DNA of 64,000 nt, taken from contig NC_134027.1 in the NCBI RefSeq assembly GCF_964204645.1, positions 13,920,485-13,984,484 on the forward strand, written 5' to 3'. The notes beneath the pieces are model-generated. The model searched no databases. It saw only the letters and a list, made by a program, of their open reading frames with translations, and was not told where the DNA came from. This DNA is from Tubulanus polymorphus. Lineage: Eukaryota; Animalia; Nemertea. Of the stretch, positions 1 to 12,106 are shown piece by piece (position 1 is the stretch's first letter; each line of letters starts with the position of its first letter). A program made the translations under genes and the position numbers.

Positions 1-213
1 TGACTCTCATCTGACCAGTCATTTAAAAAATGAAAGTTAATTAGCTCCTGTTGTGTTAGGTTCCAGGAATGAACAATTGAACCTTTGGCTTTAATTCACA
101 TTCTAAGCAGCTTTATGGTTCTGTTTCTGTATGATTGTAAATTAGGCCTATGATTATGGAATAATTGAGCTTTTTAGTAGGTCTAATCTTTCTCTTGGAT
201 TTTGTATTTCCAG

Positions 214-1611
214 GTGAACGTAATTGTTCTTGGTTCCGACGATGATAACAAGTTTCGGGAGGTGACCAATGATCATGATATTGATGACCAGGATGACTTA
301 TTATCAGAGTTAGGCCTATCAGACTTATCAGATTTATCAGACTTGGAGTCAGGATGTTGAAGAAGCTGATGAAAATTCTGAGTGTTCATGTTTAAAGGTA
401 GGTTTTTAGGCTTTTAATATTTTGATAATTTAAATTCTTTAGCAAGGCCCTGTTGTATATTAACCAGAAAGGTCACTCACAGTAAAAATATAGGCTTAGA
501 TCTCAAATTGTACTGTGGGTTCATGTCAATTTGTGCTTATGGCTGGCCCTTGGGCCCTTACTGTGTACTGCACAATACATAAAGCATGTACGACATGATA
601 CAAGGCAGATGACATATCAATGGGTAGGTATTAGTATCCAGATAGACCTATAACTATAAGGCTATTTCTGTACCTGTCAATATTCTGACACTCTCCTAAA
701 TTTTTTTTTTAGCTGATAGAACAGGATATCCCAGGAGCCATTCTTACCAAACCACCGGAGCACCACAAAAATGAAGAACTTATGTTTTGGTTGGACTGCA
801 GAAACTTAAAGTACAAAAGAAGTGCCAAAAAGTCAGATCTTGTGGATTGTTTTAAAAAATATGAATAGTGGTATCCACCATCAAATTGTCGATCCTGATC
901 CACTTAATTGCTACACAAATAAAAAAAGGGCAGAGTGTACCAAGTGCAATCATCAGACTGGTCATTCTGACACTGCAGCGGGAAGCTCTTCTGATACACT
1001 GGCATCGATATATGATGATTTCGATAACTCAAACTTAGTTTGGGAAACATCCCTAAAACATGTTCCAAGGATGTTTTGTCATAGCCAATTGAAAAGTCAT
1101 GTAGAGAAATCTGGCAGAAAAGTTAAAGGACATACATATATAGAAAAAACACTTGAAAAAGGCTATAAATTTTTTTTTGAAAACTATATTCATGATTGCA
1201 AATGTAGCCAAGTGAATGACATGTGCCTAATAAAAGGTTTATGCTATAGATCACAAAAGAAAAATGCTGATCCTCATCGTCCCAAAATTGGCTTATCAAA
1301 TATTAACGGTGATGTGAAGATTGCCAAGTGTTCATGCGTAGCAGGGCTGAATGGTCATTGCAACCACATTGTTGGTCTCCTGTTCCTGCTAAATCATTGC
1401 AAAGCTATGAATTTTAAAGTTTTCCCTAGGGCAACCACATGTACTGAAAACCCTTAACGTTGGCATATTCCCAGCAGAAAGGATGGTCTTAGACCTGAAC
1501 CCATCATGGGAACTTGGGTTATGAAGCCCGAGTATGGGAAAGAGAAAAAGGGCATTAAGTGCACTCTCTTTGAGGCCAGGTTTGAGAGCCTACGCAATAC
1601 TGATGGAGTGG
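214..1611 (+). pseudogene. Decayed SAP-like/SWIM zinc-finger accessory gene of an ISL2EU- or Kolobok-type DNA transposon; 3'-truncated by a HINE insertion
   Basis: Acidic exon 214-397 (ag/gt), then an exon from 713 reading LIEQDIPGAILTKPPEHHKNEELMFWLDCRNL...KKSDLV. It frameshifts into ORF 822-1457 with the SWIM motif CSCVAGLNGHCNH, followed by TCTENP*RWHIP. The YqaJ/lambda-exonuclease domain expected downstream is absent. Confidence 0.6.
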
Positions 1612-2190
1612 GATTGCCGCCAATTGTGTCATAATTGGCTGATCAAAAATACCTGTCTCAGGTATAAAACATCCCTTTCCAAAGAATACTCATCACAAAT
1701 TGCAATGAGAAATGGCAAACCAGTAGGAAGCTACAGGACCTAGAATTCTGGCCAAAACTGACATTTTTGTGCACTAAAAAGGTCATAGGACGGCCATCTT
1801 GAGTCAGATCGACCCAATTTTTCTTATGCTGATGAACCCTTGGTAGATTCAAATATGAACTAAGGATCAAGGTAATTGATCAAAGCGTCTTCAAAATTTC
1901 CATCGAAAACTTCGAAAATGTGTAAAAAGTTCTGATTTTGGCAAACAACAATGGCTGCCAGTCGGCCATCTTGAATCTGAGAGGGCCAGTTTTTGGGCTG
2001 AAGATGTGTCTAGGGTAGATACATGTATAACCCAAATATCAAGACATAACCTTCAAGCGTCTTCAAAACTTCCCAAAATAAATGGATTCCGTCTACGGAC
2101 GGACGGACGGACGGACGGACGCTACGACGGACAACGGACGAAAAGTGAACGCAATAGCCCGCTGGGACTAAAGTCCCAAGTGGTCTAAAA
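1612..2190 (-). mobile_element. HINE family 1 (Helentron-type non-autonomous element), partial copy without the tandem array
   Basis: Homologous to 39400-39968; (GGAC)n microsatellite and terminal hairpin tagcccgctgggactaaagtcccaagtgg followed by an A run. Confidence 0.8.
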
Positions 2191-2387
2191 ACGATTTAAC
2201 AAAATCATAAAACAATGAAAGAGACAACTGTTATAGCCAATATACGAAAGGAACCTAGATTTTGTTACTGCATTAAATGTGTGTAAATATCAGAGCCCAA
2301 GAAAAGTTCTACAAAAGTAATCGACTCCCCAAGCAAGTTATCAATCCATGTGATAGCAATATGGGCTTGCAAGCATGCAAGCCCATG

Positions 2388-3156
2388 ATAAAATTCATAC
2401 GATGTCACATATACAGTTTGCTGCTTAGCATTTTCAGGTCACAAGAAATTGAAATTTATTACAAATTCTATCAAACAGAAAACACAGCGCTCATCTTCTG
2501 CTACGATGATTATTCAGCCTGTTATCATACCAAACGTGCACGGGCCAAGCAGCGTTACAGCATCACCATACAGTAGTGTGTATGAGCATGTGTTTGTGTG
2601 TGCAACAGTCTATTGTTTAGCACTCCTGATCCCCGCGCACGTGGAGGCCTCATGTAAGTGAATGTTCACTTACACTTCAATGTCAATCAAAATAATCACC
2701 GGGTATTAAAATGAAAAAATACCTATGGCGGATGGGTGAAATAATTACATCCTCACCAGCAATGAGCATTTGAAATTCGTACATATACGACACCTAGTCC
2801 AATGAAACGTACGCCATTCTATGGCTTTCCCATAATTATTTTAGTAGCGCCGGAATTCCCCGTATATACCAAAAACATCCAATTACATTCGTTGCTAGAG
2901 ATGACGCTCCCCAATCGAAGTCATTACAATTTTATACGCAAGAGCTAAGAATTTTCCCGCTATAAACAGTTTTTCGTCGAATTTAAACAAAGTTGACCAT
3001 GTCACCGACGGAGGTTCGTCATGTCTTCAATCGCATCGATTATACATCCTTTAACCCAAGAACCAATGAAAAAAATGCTCACAAAAACAAATACCAAGAT
3101 TTTAAATGAATTGGCTTAATGCCAACCCCATTCTGCTGACAGAGGTAAACCAAAAA
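2388..3156 (-). mobile_element. HINE family 2, partial copy
   Basis: Aligns by eye with 30375-31257 and ends in the same aggtaaaccaaaaa terminus. Confidence 0.65.
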
Positions 3157-3960
3157 TGAGTGTGAGGCTCTACGAAACATTCATGCAAGGAAACTTAACA
3201 GTGAATCATCTTCAAAATGGTGGGCTTCCTTCTCTTTGTTGCCAGTTCGTTATTGATTAGGTTCATCACTTATATCAGATAAAATGACATCTTAATCTAG
3301 TAAATCATCGCAATCCTGGTCGCGGTAGCCGCAATGTACAGACACACTGATTACAGCAGAGAACAGATGCAACTGGTTGGTGGTGAGAGGTCGTTGTTAA
3401 GAAATATTTTTTGTCTAATTTACTTTTCATTTTGACCAAATAAATAACGCAGAATCATCGATTGATAAACAAATAAATTAACTTAGGCTACTTCCAAAAA
3501 ATGATTCAACGCCTGCATTGTCGTTATTTTTACAGCAGTGTGTGCTGTATCTTTATAAGGCACAATAAATCTGAGTATTTACAATAGATCAATAGTAGGT
3601 TGCCCCAGTGACAGCCAGCTGATAGATGTACTGAATTGAGTCGAGATGTACTGAATTAAATTGTATGCCATCGGTCTGTGTAACAGTGATATTGATTGGA
3701 TGCTTGGCGCGTATATCATCTAGTAGAACGCGCCACGCGTTCTGCCCAGAACTCCTATTTTAGTTTCCGATAATAAAATCAACATATTTAAACTTCTTTC
3801 ACGACATATTTTTTAAGAAACGTAACATTGCGATTTTTTGTAAAACGTAATGAAAATAGACTAAAATCGTATTTTTGAACACCCATTCCTAACACCGTCA
3901 TTTGTGTTGTCAATCCGTAACGATTATGGGAAAATCGTAACAGTTGGCAGGTCTGGTTGA

Positions 3961-6900
3961 CAGGGATGATAACAGACCAATGTTGAAAAGGCGGAAACGA
4001 GCGCCGTAGGCGCGAAGTAATTACGGGGGGTGTGGGGGCCCACCCCCCCCCCGAAAATTTTTGATTTTCACATCGTCTCAGATCGTTTTTCAGCAGTTTT
4101 CCGATTGAAATTTCACTCAGCAAAGCCAAAAAATCGAACAACATCGTCCATGTTTTACACAACACACTGCTAGTTCCAAGACGCCAGGGACATAACTGAT
4201 GCAGAGACAACTATAATGTAACTTGTAGGTTCGAATCCCACATTGATAAATCTTCTTGAAAGCGACGATCACTTGCCCACGCAATAGATAATTGAATTAG
4301 ACTTTATTTTCCAGCATCCTTTATTAATGAACTAATATCAGTACTGATATTAGTGATATTACAACAAGCTAGATTTCCATAAAAAAACTAAAATAGAACA
4401 GTGGGTTATCTCATGAATTTTCTAATGAAGTAAGGTTTGGAAAAATATTCTATAAAACACATGTACACATCATTACCAATCTAAACACACTACATGTACA
4501 TAGTCAGTACAGTCGGTCGGCATCATTTTATTTAACAAAACACATAAATGTTTTTCCAATAGTGGACAAGCCAAAGATTACAACTTTTTATAGTCTTACA
4601 AGTTCCATCTGCTTATGTCTTTCAGCTTGTCGTTGTTTTGCACGCATAGCAGATACATGTGCCTCTCGGGCTTTCTTTGCAGCTGAGATGCACTGTTCGC
4701 GGGTTTTGCGTTTTGAAACTTTCTTAACCTCTTTAGCCTGAAGTTCCTCCATACGAGCCGCTTTCTTATCTTCTTCACCCTGCAATTCATCCTTGTATCG
4801 TTTAGCTGCAGTGTTCATATTTTTAACGAGATTTGGACACACAGGGTCATGAAGAATATCTTCTCTTTTGAAAAAGTCTACAGCTGACGTTTTGCCTAAT
4901 CCGTAATTCACACTCTGGATTGCGCTGAAAGATTTGACATGAAGTCTATTGGTTGTGCTGTTCAGAATTTCGCCCATAATGCTAAACGAGCTCTCGACAA
5001 CTGGGCAACTGAAACAGCTTAGTAAAGCAAATACCATGCGACAGAGGTATGGATATTTGCCCAAATCATGTACAGCAGCCCACCAGGAATCGATTCTAAC
5101 TTGCTTTCCATCGTTATCAACTGCTGCTGGCAGACTGGAATCCGAGTGGAATTTATGCACTTCTAATTTATAACAGTTGATCTCCGTTTCATTAGCCAGA
5201 ACATTGAAGACTAATTGTGGGAGTTTTTTCATATATTTCAGTGCCGTTTCATGTCGCTGGCATTTTGGGTCTTTAGCCGAGATACACCGGAGAAATTTAT
5301 TGTAGATAGGATTTTTTTTAGCGAGGTACTGGGCAGTATTGAAATAGGCCCTCTTGACACGATCACGAAAGTCTTTGACAAACTGGGATGATTTATTTTC
5401 CCCCGCAATTATTTGGGATGCAGATTCGCCTATGAACATCTCAGTGGTTGGCAGGAGGTTTTCTGAGATTATCAGAGAAGACAACTTTCGATCCGATTCA
5501 GGAATCGCAGATGGTTTAACACAAAGGGAAATGAAATCCCTGAATAATTGACATTGCTCATCATTGAGCTTGTGGACACATGGCTCTTCAACAGTTTGGA
5601 ATAAGAGTACATATCTTTTTAGAACTGGCAATACCGCCGTGTAAAAATGCGCATAAAACTTAAGCGTTTTACGCTGAATGATGAGTTTATCGATAATTCG
5701 TAGCTTTCTTTCTTTTCCTTCCGCTGTCAGATTTTTCCATTTGGCGGCAGCAGCAATATAGATTTTTTTAATCTCATCTTTCGTGGGTTCAGACAAGTTA
5801 AATTTGCGATGTATGTCAACACATAGAGCCAAATACACGATTTTGTCTTTCTGTATCATGGACCGATAGCCATCGGGTTCCGACGTACCGCTCAGGCATC
5901 GAAAACCCAATGCCTAAGAGATCAAGGATAATTTGGAGCCAGTTTTCTATGTCCTTAGAAAAATGCAAATCACTTGCAATATCGGTTATCAATTTCTCTA
6001 TGAATCGATCAAATTCTTTTGTGAAATGTTTTCGCGGCGTTGTGAGTGTGATGTATCGAATCACCGTCGATGTCAAGCAAATGCTGGGCCAAATTATCCT
6101 TTATTAACTCCTCCAAGCCAGTTTTACTACCTCTCATGACGTTACAGCTGTCGAGGAGGACAGACATTAATCGGTTATAATCTAAATCACGCTGCTGGAA
6201 AACCTCAACCAAAGCACTATAAACAGATGCGCTAGTGGTAGAAATAAGATTACATGAGGCCAAATGTCTGACAACAACTTGTCTCTCCTTCTCACTAAAG
6301 TAACTGACGGATCGGTAACGGTAAGGATCGACAGAACTTTTTTTGTGGATTGGCTTGTAGCCTCGTCGATGTTTAGTGAATAGAAGGTATTTCTGAGTTC
6401 ATCCGCTAACTGTTCTTCGGTGGTTTGCGCCAGACCCAGTCGCATCTTATATGAAGCCGCAAAACGACCCATAGACAATTTGCTTAATGCTGCACGATCC
6501 ATGGCAAGTGTTTTTGCCAACTCAATCAATTTTGGAGACTGAGAAAACGGCAATGAGTTTTCAGCTATATATGAAAGAACTAAAGCCTCCTGGCTTACGA
6601 CCCGGTCCGATATTGGGACTTTAGGTTTAGCGGTCGTCGTAACGGCCTGTTGTTCATTATTTGGATTTTGGAATATTGGGCAGATCCCGTAAGATCGACC
6701 AACATCAGCTCCCGAACTACCTGAAAGTGAATGCAAATTCTAGTTCTTTATTCGGTTTGATTTTCACTTTAAGAAAAACTTGAAAATCGTCTAATTTTAT
6801 TTACAGAAATAAACTTGTGTGGCATGTGAACGCAGGCCTACTTACCTGGAAGTACGTAATTAGATCTCCGTTCTTTGAAGATGTCAACGTGTTTCTGTGT

Positions 6901-7483
6901 TTAAGCGTGGTTTTCAAGCGCAATTCGACCCTTACTTCCGTATTTTATTTCTGTTTGGCACCAGAGACAATAAGCTTTCCCCGGTATGTCTATCTTCCTC
7001 ACGAAGTCAGCGAGAGGAATCCCATCAACCGTTTTCTCCAGCCAATCCCACTTCCATAAGTTTTTTTTAAATTCTTTTTGGTCGATTGTCCTGGGGTCAA
7101 TCGTTCCAACTCTCTCAACAATTTTCCACATGATTCTATATCGCAATGTCACACTACGCACACGTGTTAAAAATACAAGCATGTACGTATTAAAAACGAC
7201 CACCACTCGGTGAAAAATCAATAATGTAGATACATGTACATATATCCAAACACGCGGTCGGCCAACCGACAGAGAAAACTTTGTTAGCATACAAATGCCG
7301 CTAAATGATCGCATTTAAAAATAGATCGGGAAACGCTTTTATGGTCATGCCAATCTATCCTTACAATGCTGGAAAACCACAGTCATCATCCAACACCCCC
7401 CCCCCCCCCATTTTTTCAAAGGATATGCATTGATCTGAGAAATGATAAAAATTGATTGAAAAGGCGGAAAATTATCATCCCTG
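3961..7483 (-). mobile_element. hAT-type DNA transposon with a 6-bp target-site duplication
   Basis: TIRs CAGGGATGATAA (3961) and TTATCATCCCTG (to 7483); flanking GGTTGA at 3955-3960 and 7484-7489; encloses a transposase pseudogene. Confidence 0.88.
4588..7131 (-). pseudogene. hAT-family transposase with one intron (6845-6721), disrupted by a stop codon and frameshifts
   Basis: BED-like finger AYCLWCQTEI...ENHA*TQKH; catalytic motifs FYSLNIDEAT and VLLDSCNVMRG; DSIHHTHN; TRWLS; C-terminal dimerisation region DSWW...KYPYL...VESSFS. Pieces are spread over ORFs 6901-7314, 6182-6736, 6009-6263, 5816-6076 and 4588-5910. Confidence 0.88.
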
Positions 7484-8204
7484 GGTTGATGTGTTAAATC
7501 CAGCATCTTATTTATGGGTAGATTTCTTGTAGACCATATTTTCACTCTCAATCTGCTGAATTTGATTTGAACGAATATCGAGATCTTTTAAGTTTGTATC
7601 CAATAGTCTACTATGGGTCCCGATTTTTTCTCTGATGTCAGCTATGCATTTATTTGTTTTATAGCCTTCTTTTGCAGAAACTTCTTGATGTATTTTGGTA
7701 ATCCGGGATTCTAAAATTTCTATAGCATTAAAGAATATTTCTCTCATGTTCTTTATCTCTAACTTAATGGTCTCCACCTCTTGAAATTTCTGCTCAGTTA
7801 GAAAATCAGTCAAACATTGACTACACAGGTATCGACAATACATGTATCTAAATTTTGAACCATCACAATTAACAAGCACCTACTCAAAACCTTTTTGATT
7901 AAACTGATTTATCTGTTTTTTTTATTTGTGTGAAAAGTTATGAGCCAAAAGTGATGTGATGTAGCAAATGAAGAAAAAGATATCCACATCCACCTGAGAG
8001 ACAGGCACAAGTGGATGATGATAGAAAAATTTGTTATGGATGTGAACACAAAACAGTATGAGTAAAGGAAATAACGACCATCTCAAAACAAAATGATGTC
8101 ACACACGCTTACTGGTGGTTTAGATATAAAAAGAATCTCTGGTGAATCATGTGACCCGCATAGTGCGAAAGGTATAGTAACAAGAGGACCTTTAAGAGGA
8201 AATT

Positions 8205-8347
8205 TAAAATCGAGAATTTATTCATTCAAACAATTTAAAAATATAAAATACACAACGTTTCGATTTCACCGTAGAGATCATCATCATTGTCACACCATCG
8301 TGTATTTTATATTTTAGATTGTTTGAATAAATAAATTCTCGACTTTA
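8205..8347. repeat. Palindromic MITE-like foldback of about 143 bp
   Basis: Arms of about 50 bp, taaaatcgagaatttattcattcaaacaat and attgtttgaataaataaattctcgacttta, are imperfect inverted repeats. Confidence 0.6.
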
Positions 8348-8821
8348 TAAAATTATTTTAATTTGTACATAGTGGGTTTTTATCTCATTATCCGTTCACC
8401 ACGTTTGAGTGTGGTTATTTTACTACCCTCAAGTTGGTTGAAGTTTACCACATATATTTGCTGACTAGATAATTCTTCAAGAGAGAAGAGATATTAGTAA
8501 AGATAGATTCAGAATGGCAGCCGAGTTCAAAGGATGTAGCCTGTAGGCAGTGACATTACAATGCCACAAATGAATATCAGTCGGATTGCGAAGCAATAAG
8601 ACACCGACAATACTAGGGAGCCAAGTCAAACTGTACAACCATACATTGCGTTCACCGTATCGGATCAGATCATCGCATAAGCCACATTAATCAAAACGGT
8701 GCTCATCTAGAGGCTGGATTGCCGCAACAGTGTTACACCCACCCACCCAGCAAATGAAATTTACTATTTACTATATACGAGCAGGCTTAAAGGATGAATT
8801 TAGAAATGCATGAATACTTAC

Positions 8822-8873
8822 CGAAAATCAGGATAAACAAAGTGTTCAACGAGACAACCCAAAAAACATGTTC
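8822..8873 (-). CDS. MARCHF6: MARCHF6 coding exon (ninth seen): EHVFWVVSLNTLFILIF
   Basis: ttttcag|GAA...TTCG|gtaagt, 52 nt, phase 0 to 1; peptide almost identical to the vertebrate MARCH6 TD-domain region. Confidence 0.95.
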
Positions 8874-9355
8874 CTGAAAAAAGGCCATTACTATGTGAAA
8901 GTACATAACATATCTATATCATTCAAATAGAAAATTCAAACATTCCAAACAGAAGTGCCAGCGATTTGGGATAAAAGATATACTTCGTATAATATCCATG
9001 ATCCATGAAGAGCCACCTAGGAATGTTCTTTTAATTTCAAGCAGTTTCAGAATACCTGGAATGGTCTGGTGGAACAATATTTAACCAGCATATTTCGATT
9101 CAACTTCAGAATAGGTCAATATAGTTCCATCGTGGAGGGTTTTCTATATAATGAAGTGAGTGGCTCGGTTTCAAATTGCCGACCTATTTTACTTGTCTAC
9201 AATGACGATTTTAAATTTACGATTTTTTAATTTAAATTCTACGTTTTCTACTTGTCGACATCTGACGATCTTAAATTGCCGACCAATTCTACTTGTCGAC
9301 AATTGCGACAATTTTAAATTGTCGAAGGGAAGATTAATTTCCAAGCAAAGACACG

Positions 9356-9640
9356 GACCCCCGATCCCACCCTACACTTAGTATCTATAAAGGGCAATCC
9401 ACGCACCACACAGCCCCTTGATCCTAGCCACTTTCTGTTTGTCGGACAGTGGCAGTCGACTCTCCTTGTAGTTACTGCTCTACCGGCAATGCACCTAATA
9501 CCGCGCCATAAGGAGGCCCGCACGAATCATAGGCACCCTGCTCGGTTATCATCTAATACCAAATTTGGAGCGCATCTGAACCCACTCAGTTTAGGATACC
9601 TGCGCTATATAAATGTCAATTATTACTACTATTTTCATTA
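9356..9640 (+). mobile_element. SINE or L2-type retroposon 3' end
   Basis: Ends in gagcgcatctga...gcgctatataaatgtcaattattactact, the GCGCTATATAAAT plus (TAT)n tail typical of L2-dependent SINEs. The 5' boundary is uncertain. Confidence 0.4.
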
Positions 9641-10449
9641 TCATCTGATCAGATTTGAGCATCATGACGTTGCCGATACCCGCGCGGAGGCAGGATGATT
9701 GCAAGCAAGCCACATCGAGACCAGGGATTGAATTCAAACATAAACTACACAATATCATCAACCTGTATGGTGTTTTTTAATGAAAATTTGTATTGTTTAA
9801 AATTCATCTGCATATTGATACAAACGTTTTTTTTTCGTCAAGATAACCCCGAACATATGCATCATCAATTATAGTTCAAATATTTTCAAATGAATCTCCT
9901 TTAATTATTAGATTATATTAAACTAAAACGAGGGCGCTATTATCACAGCTCTGCAGTAAAGTAAATATTGCAAACTAGACCGCACATTAACATTGAATTT
10001 TCAACACAGTACAAGATGCTTATTGATCTTTCTCGTCTTTCTCTGAACTTTGATTAGAGTAAATCGGATGACAATGATTGATTTCATATAGTTCTTAACT
10101 TTTGAAGTGAGGATTGGAAAACTGTATTAGTCACGTGATACATGGTGAACCTGTTTTCCGAACACAGCAATTCTTAGCTGCTTACGCACATGGGTAGTGC
10201 TGGTTTTATGTCCTTGCCCACGCCTCATATAATAACCGAATATTACAATTTTGTTCAAAAATTGGTATTTACGAGGAATACTTACCTGGGAAAATACACT
10301 ATAGCCATATTGCTTTTGGCTAGGCAGATAACGCCCGAATCGACTTTTGGTAGGGGCGCCGTAACATAGCGCCATCTGGCGAGACGCCATCATCTTTTTG
10401 CGCCAATAATCCCTCAATCGCCTGGGGGACGGCTGGGTGGGAATACCCG

Positions 10450-10547
10450 TGTATTTTCCCAGGTAAGTATTCCTCGTAAATACCAATTTTTGAACAAAAT
10501 TGTAATATTTACTTCGAATACATTCCCTGGGAAAATACACTATAGCC
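10450..10547. repeat. DIRS internal complementary region (ICR)
   Basis: The first part is the reverse complement of the outer left end (from 10239) and the second part is the reverse complement of the outer right end (to 16326); the two are joined through a shared ATATT. Confidence 0.92.
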
Positions 10548-11050
10548 AGAATCCCAAAGAATGGAGGAGGGAGGCGACCAAAAGTCGATTTAAATTCTCT
10601 ACACTTACACTCACCCTAAAACTCTCTGCAGAAAACCGCAACAAACCCCAGGTGAGCCAGTGGAAAACCAAAAATCAGGGAGCTACCGTGCTGCTTCCTT
10701 TTCAGTTCCTAACTGTACTGGTAGATAATAACATGCCTATTATGACCCCGTTACGTTTGAGTCGAAAAAAGGAAATCAAACAACCCGGTGTCAACTGACT
10801 CCCGGATACCTTAGTAAGGCACTGACTGCCATTACCTCGATATTAACCTAAACCAGTAGGTAAAAAACTTAAACTCTAGACGCAGCCTTGCCCAGGCTAT
10901 ATAAATGAAATCATGATTCATGTCTAAACTTAATACCTATAACAAAAGGAACCCTTACCACTAACTGTCTTAAGGTAACCTAGGCCCTGTAAAAGATGCC
11001 CACAACTTATATACATCAACTTTCTTATAGCTGAATACAGAAGAAACCCT

Positions 11051-12106
11051 TTAATCCCCAGGACCTGGTTTAAAAAGGTCTAACTGGGCCCGATGTTTTT
11101 TGGGTTTTTGTACGCTTATTCGTTGTGCAGTAACAATTGGACCCAACGTGGACAGTGAGCCTAACTGTCCAGAAACGTCCTTCAAATAAAATGACGAGAA
11201 GGTAGATGGACACGTCCAGAAGGCTGAACGACAAACCTGTTCCAAGGAAGCCCCCGTGAATAATGACCAGGATGTGGCTAATGCCCTCACCTGATGAGAA
11301 TGTATCCCGAGCGGAGCCTGGGCCCCCTGAGAATGCAGAATTTCTTCAATTAAAGATACAATCCATCTAGCGATTGTGTCACTTGAGATATCTCTCTTAT
11401 CCCCTTGTCGGAGAGGAATAAAGAGCCTCTCCCTATCTTGTCTGTGGGGAAGTGTCCTCTCTAGGTACTCCTTTAAAGCTCTTACTGGACAGAGCGACGT
11501 ATCAGGAAGATCGTGAGATACCCTATGCGTCAAAGCCTCGATCTTCCAAGATCTGGCTGCTACGGAAGCCTTTTGATTCTTGGCAATGAAACTAAGACCA
11601 GGCCTTAAAATGACAAACCTATCTTGTGGACCAAAGGAAATATGACCCGGACGCGTCGATAAAGCATGAACCTCCGAACGCCTCACGGCCATCGCTAAGA
11701 ACAGTAAGAACACCGTTTTCTTAGATAAGTCTGACAGGGTAGTATTGCGGATAGGCTCGAAGGGAGTGAACATAAGTGCTCTAAGAACCACTGTTAAGTC
11801 CCATGGCGGGATATCTGAAACCTGTTTGGGTCTCTTAACCCCAAAACCTGATATCAATTGAGCTATTTTCGCATCCTCCGTCACTACAGGGACGCCCGCT
11901 GAACGAAAAGTATGCCCTATTGCTGATCTGTAGCCTTTAATGGTTATAACCTGTCTATTCTTCTCTTCGAACAGGAAATAGAAAAAATCTATTAACTCTG
12001 ACACAGAGGGGTGGAGAGAATCCACCGCTCTCCTATTACACCAATCGGAGTAACATTCCCATTTGGAATCGTACAATGCTCCGGTAGAGGGACGTTTGGA
12101 TTCCAC
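11051..12106 (-). CDS. DIRS tyrosine recombinase (phage-integrase family)
   Basis: 351-aa ORF: SAM-like N-terminus TIKGYRSAI, PPWDL, catalytic R in AVRRSEVHAL, LCPVRAL, HSHQVRALATSW, TFSSFY. Overlaps the MT frame, as is typical of DIRS. Confidence 0.92.
   Translation of the reverse strand: MESKRPSTGALYDSKWECYSDWCNRRAVDSLHPSVSELIDFFYFLFEEKNRQVITIKGYRSAIGHTFRSAGVPVVTEDAKIAQLISGFGVKRPKQVSDIPPWDLTVVLRALMFTPFEPIRNTTLSDLSKKTVFLLFLAMAVRRSEVHALSTRPGHISFGPQDRFVILRPGLSFIAKNQKASVAARSWKIEALTHRVSHDLPDTSLCPVRALKEYLERTLPHRQDRERLFIPLRQGDKRDISSDTIARWIVSLIEEILHSQGAQAPLGIHSHQVRALATSWSLFTGASLEQVCRSAFWTCPSTFSSFYLKDVSGQLGSLSTLGPIVTAQRISVQKPKKHRAQLDLFKPGPGD

Noticed and set aside
3780-3955. Terminus gttggcaggtctg with cgtaa repeats, resembling another CAG...GCCAAC-type MITE
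   Set aside because: No partner TIR or TSD was found, so the element cannot be delimited.
7508-8060. 123-aa ORF with YLCSQC and a coiled-coil-like region, possibly a B-box/TRIM relic
   Set aside because: Zinc-ligand spacing is incomplete and no supporting splice structure was found; a homology search would be needed.
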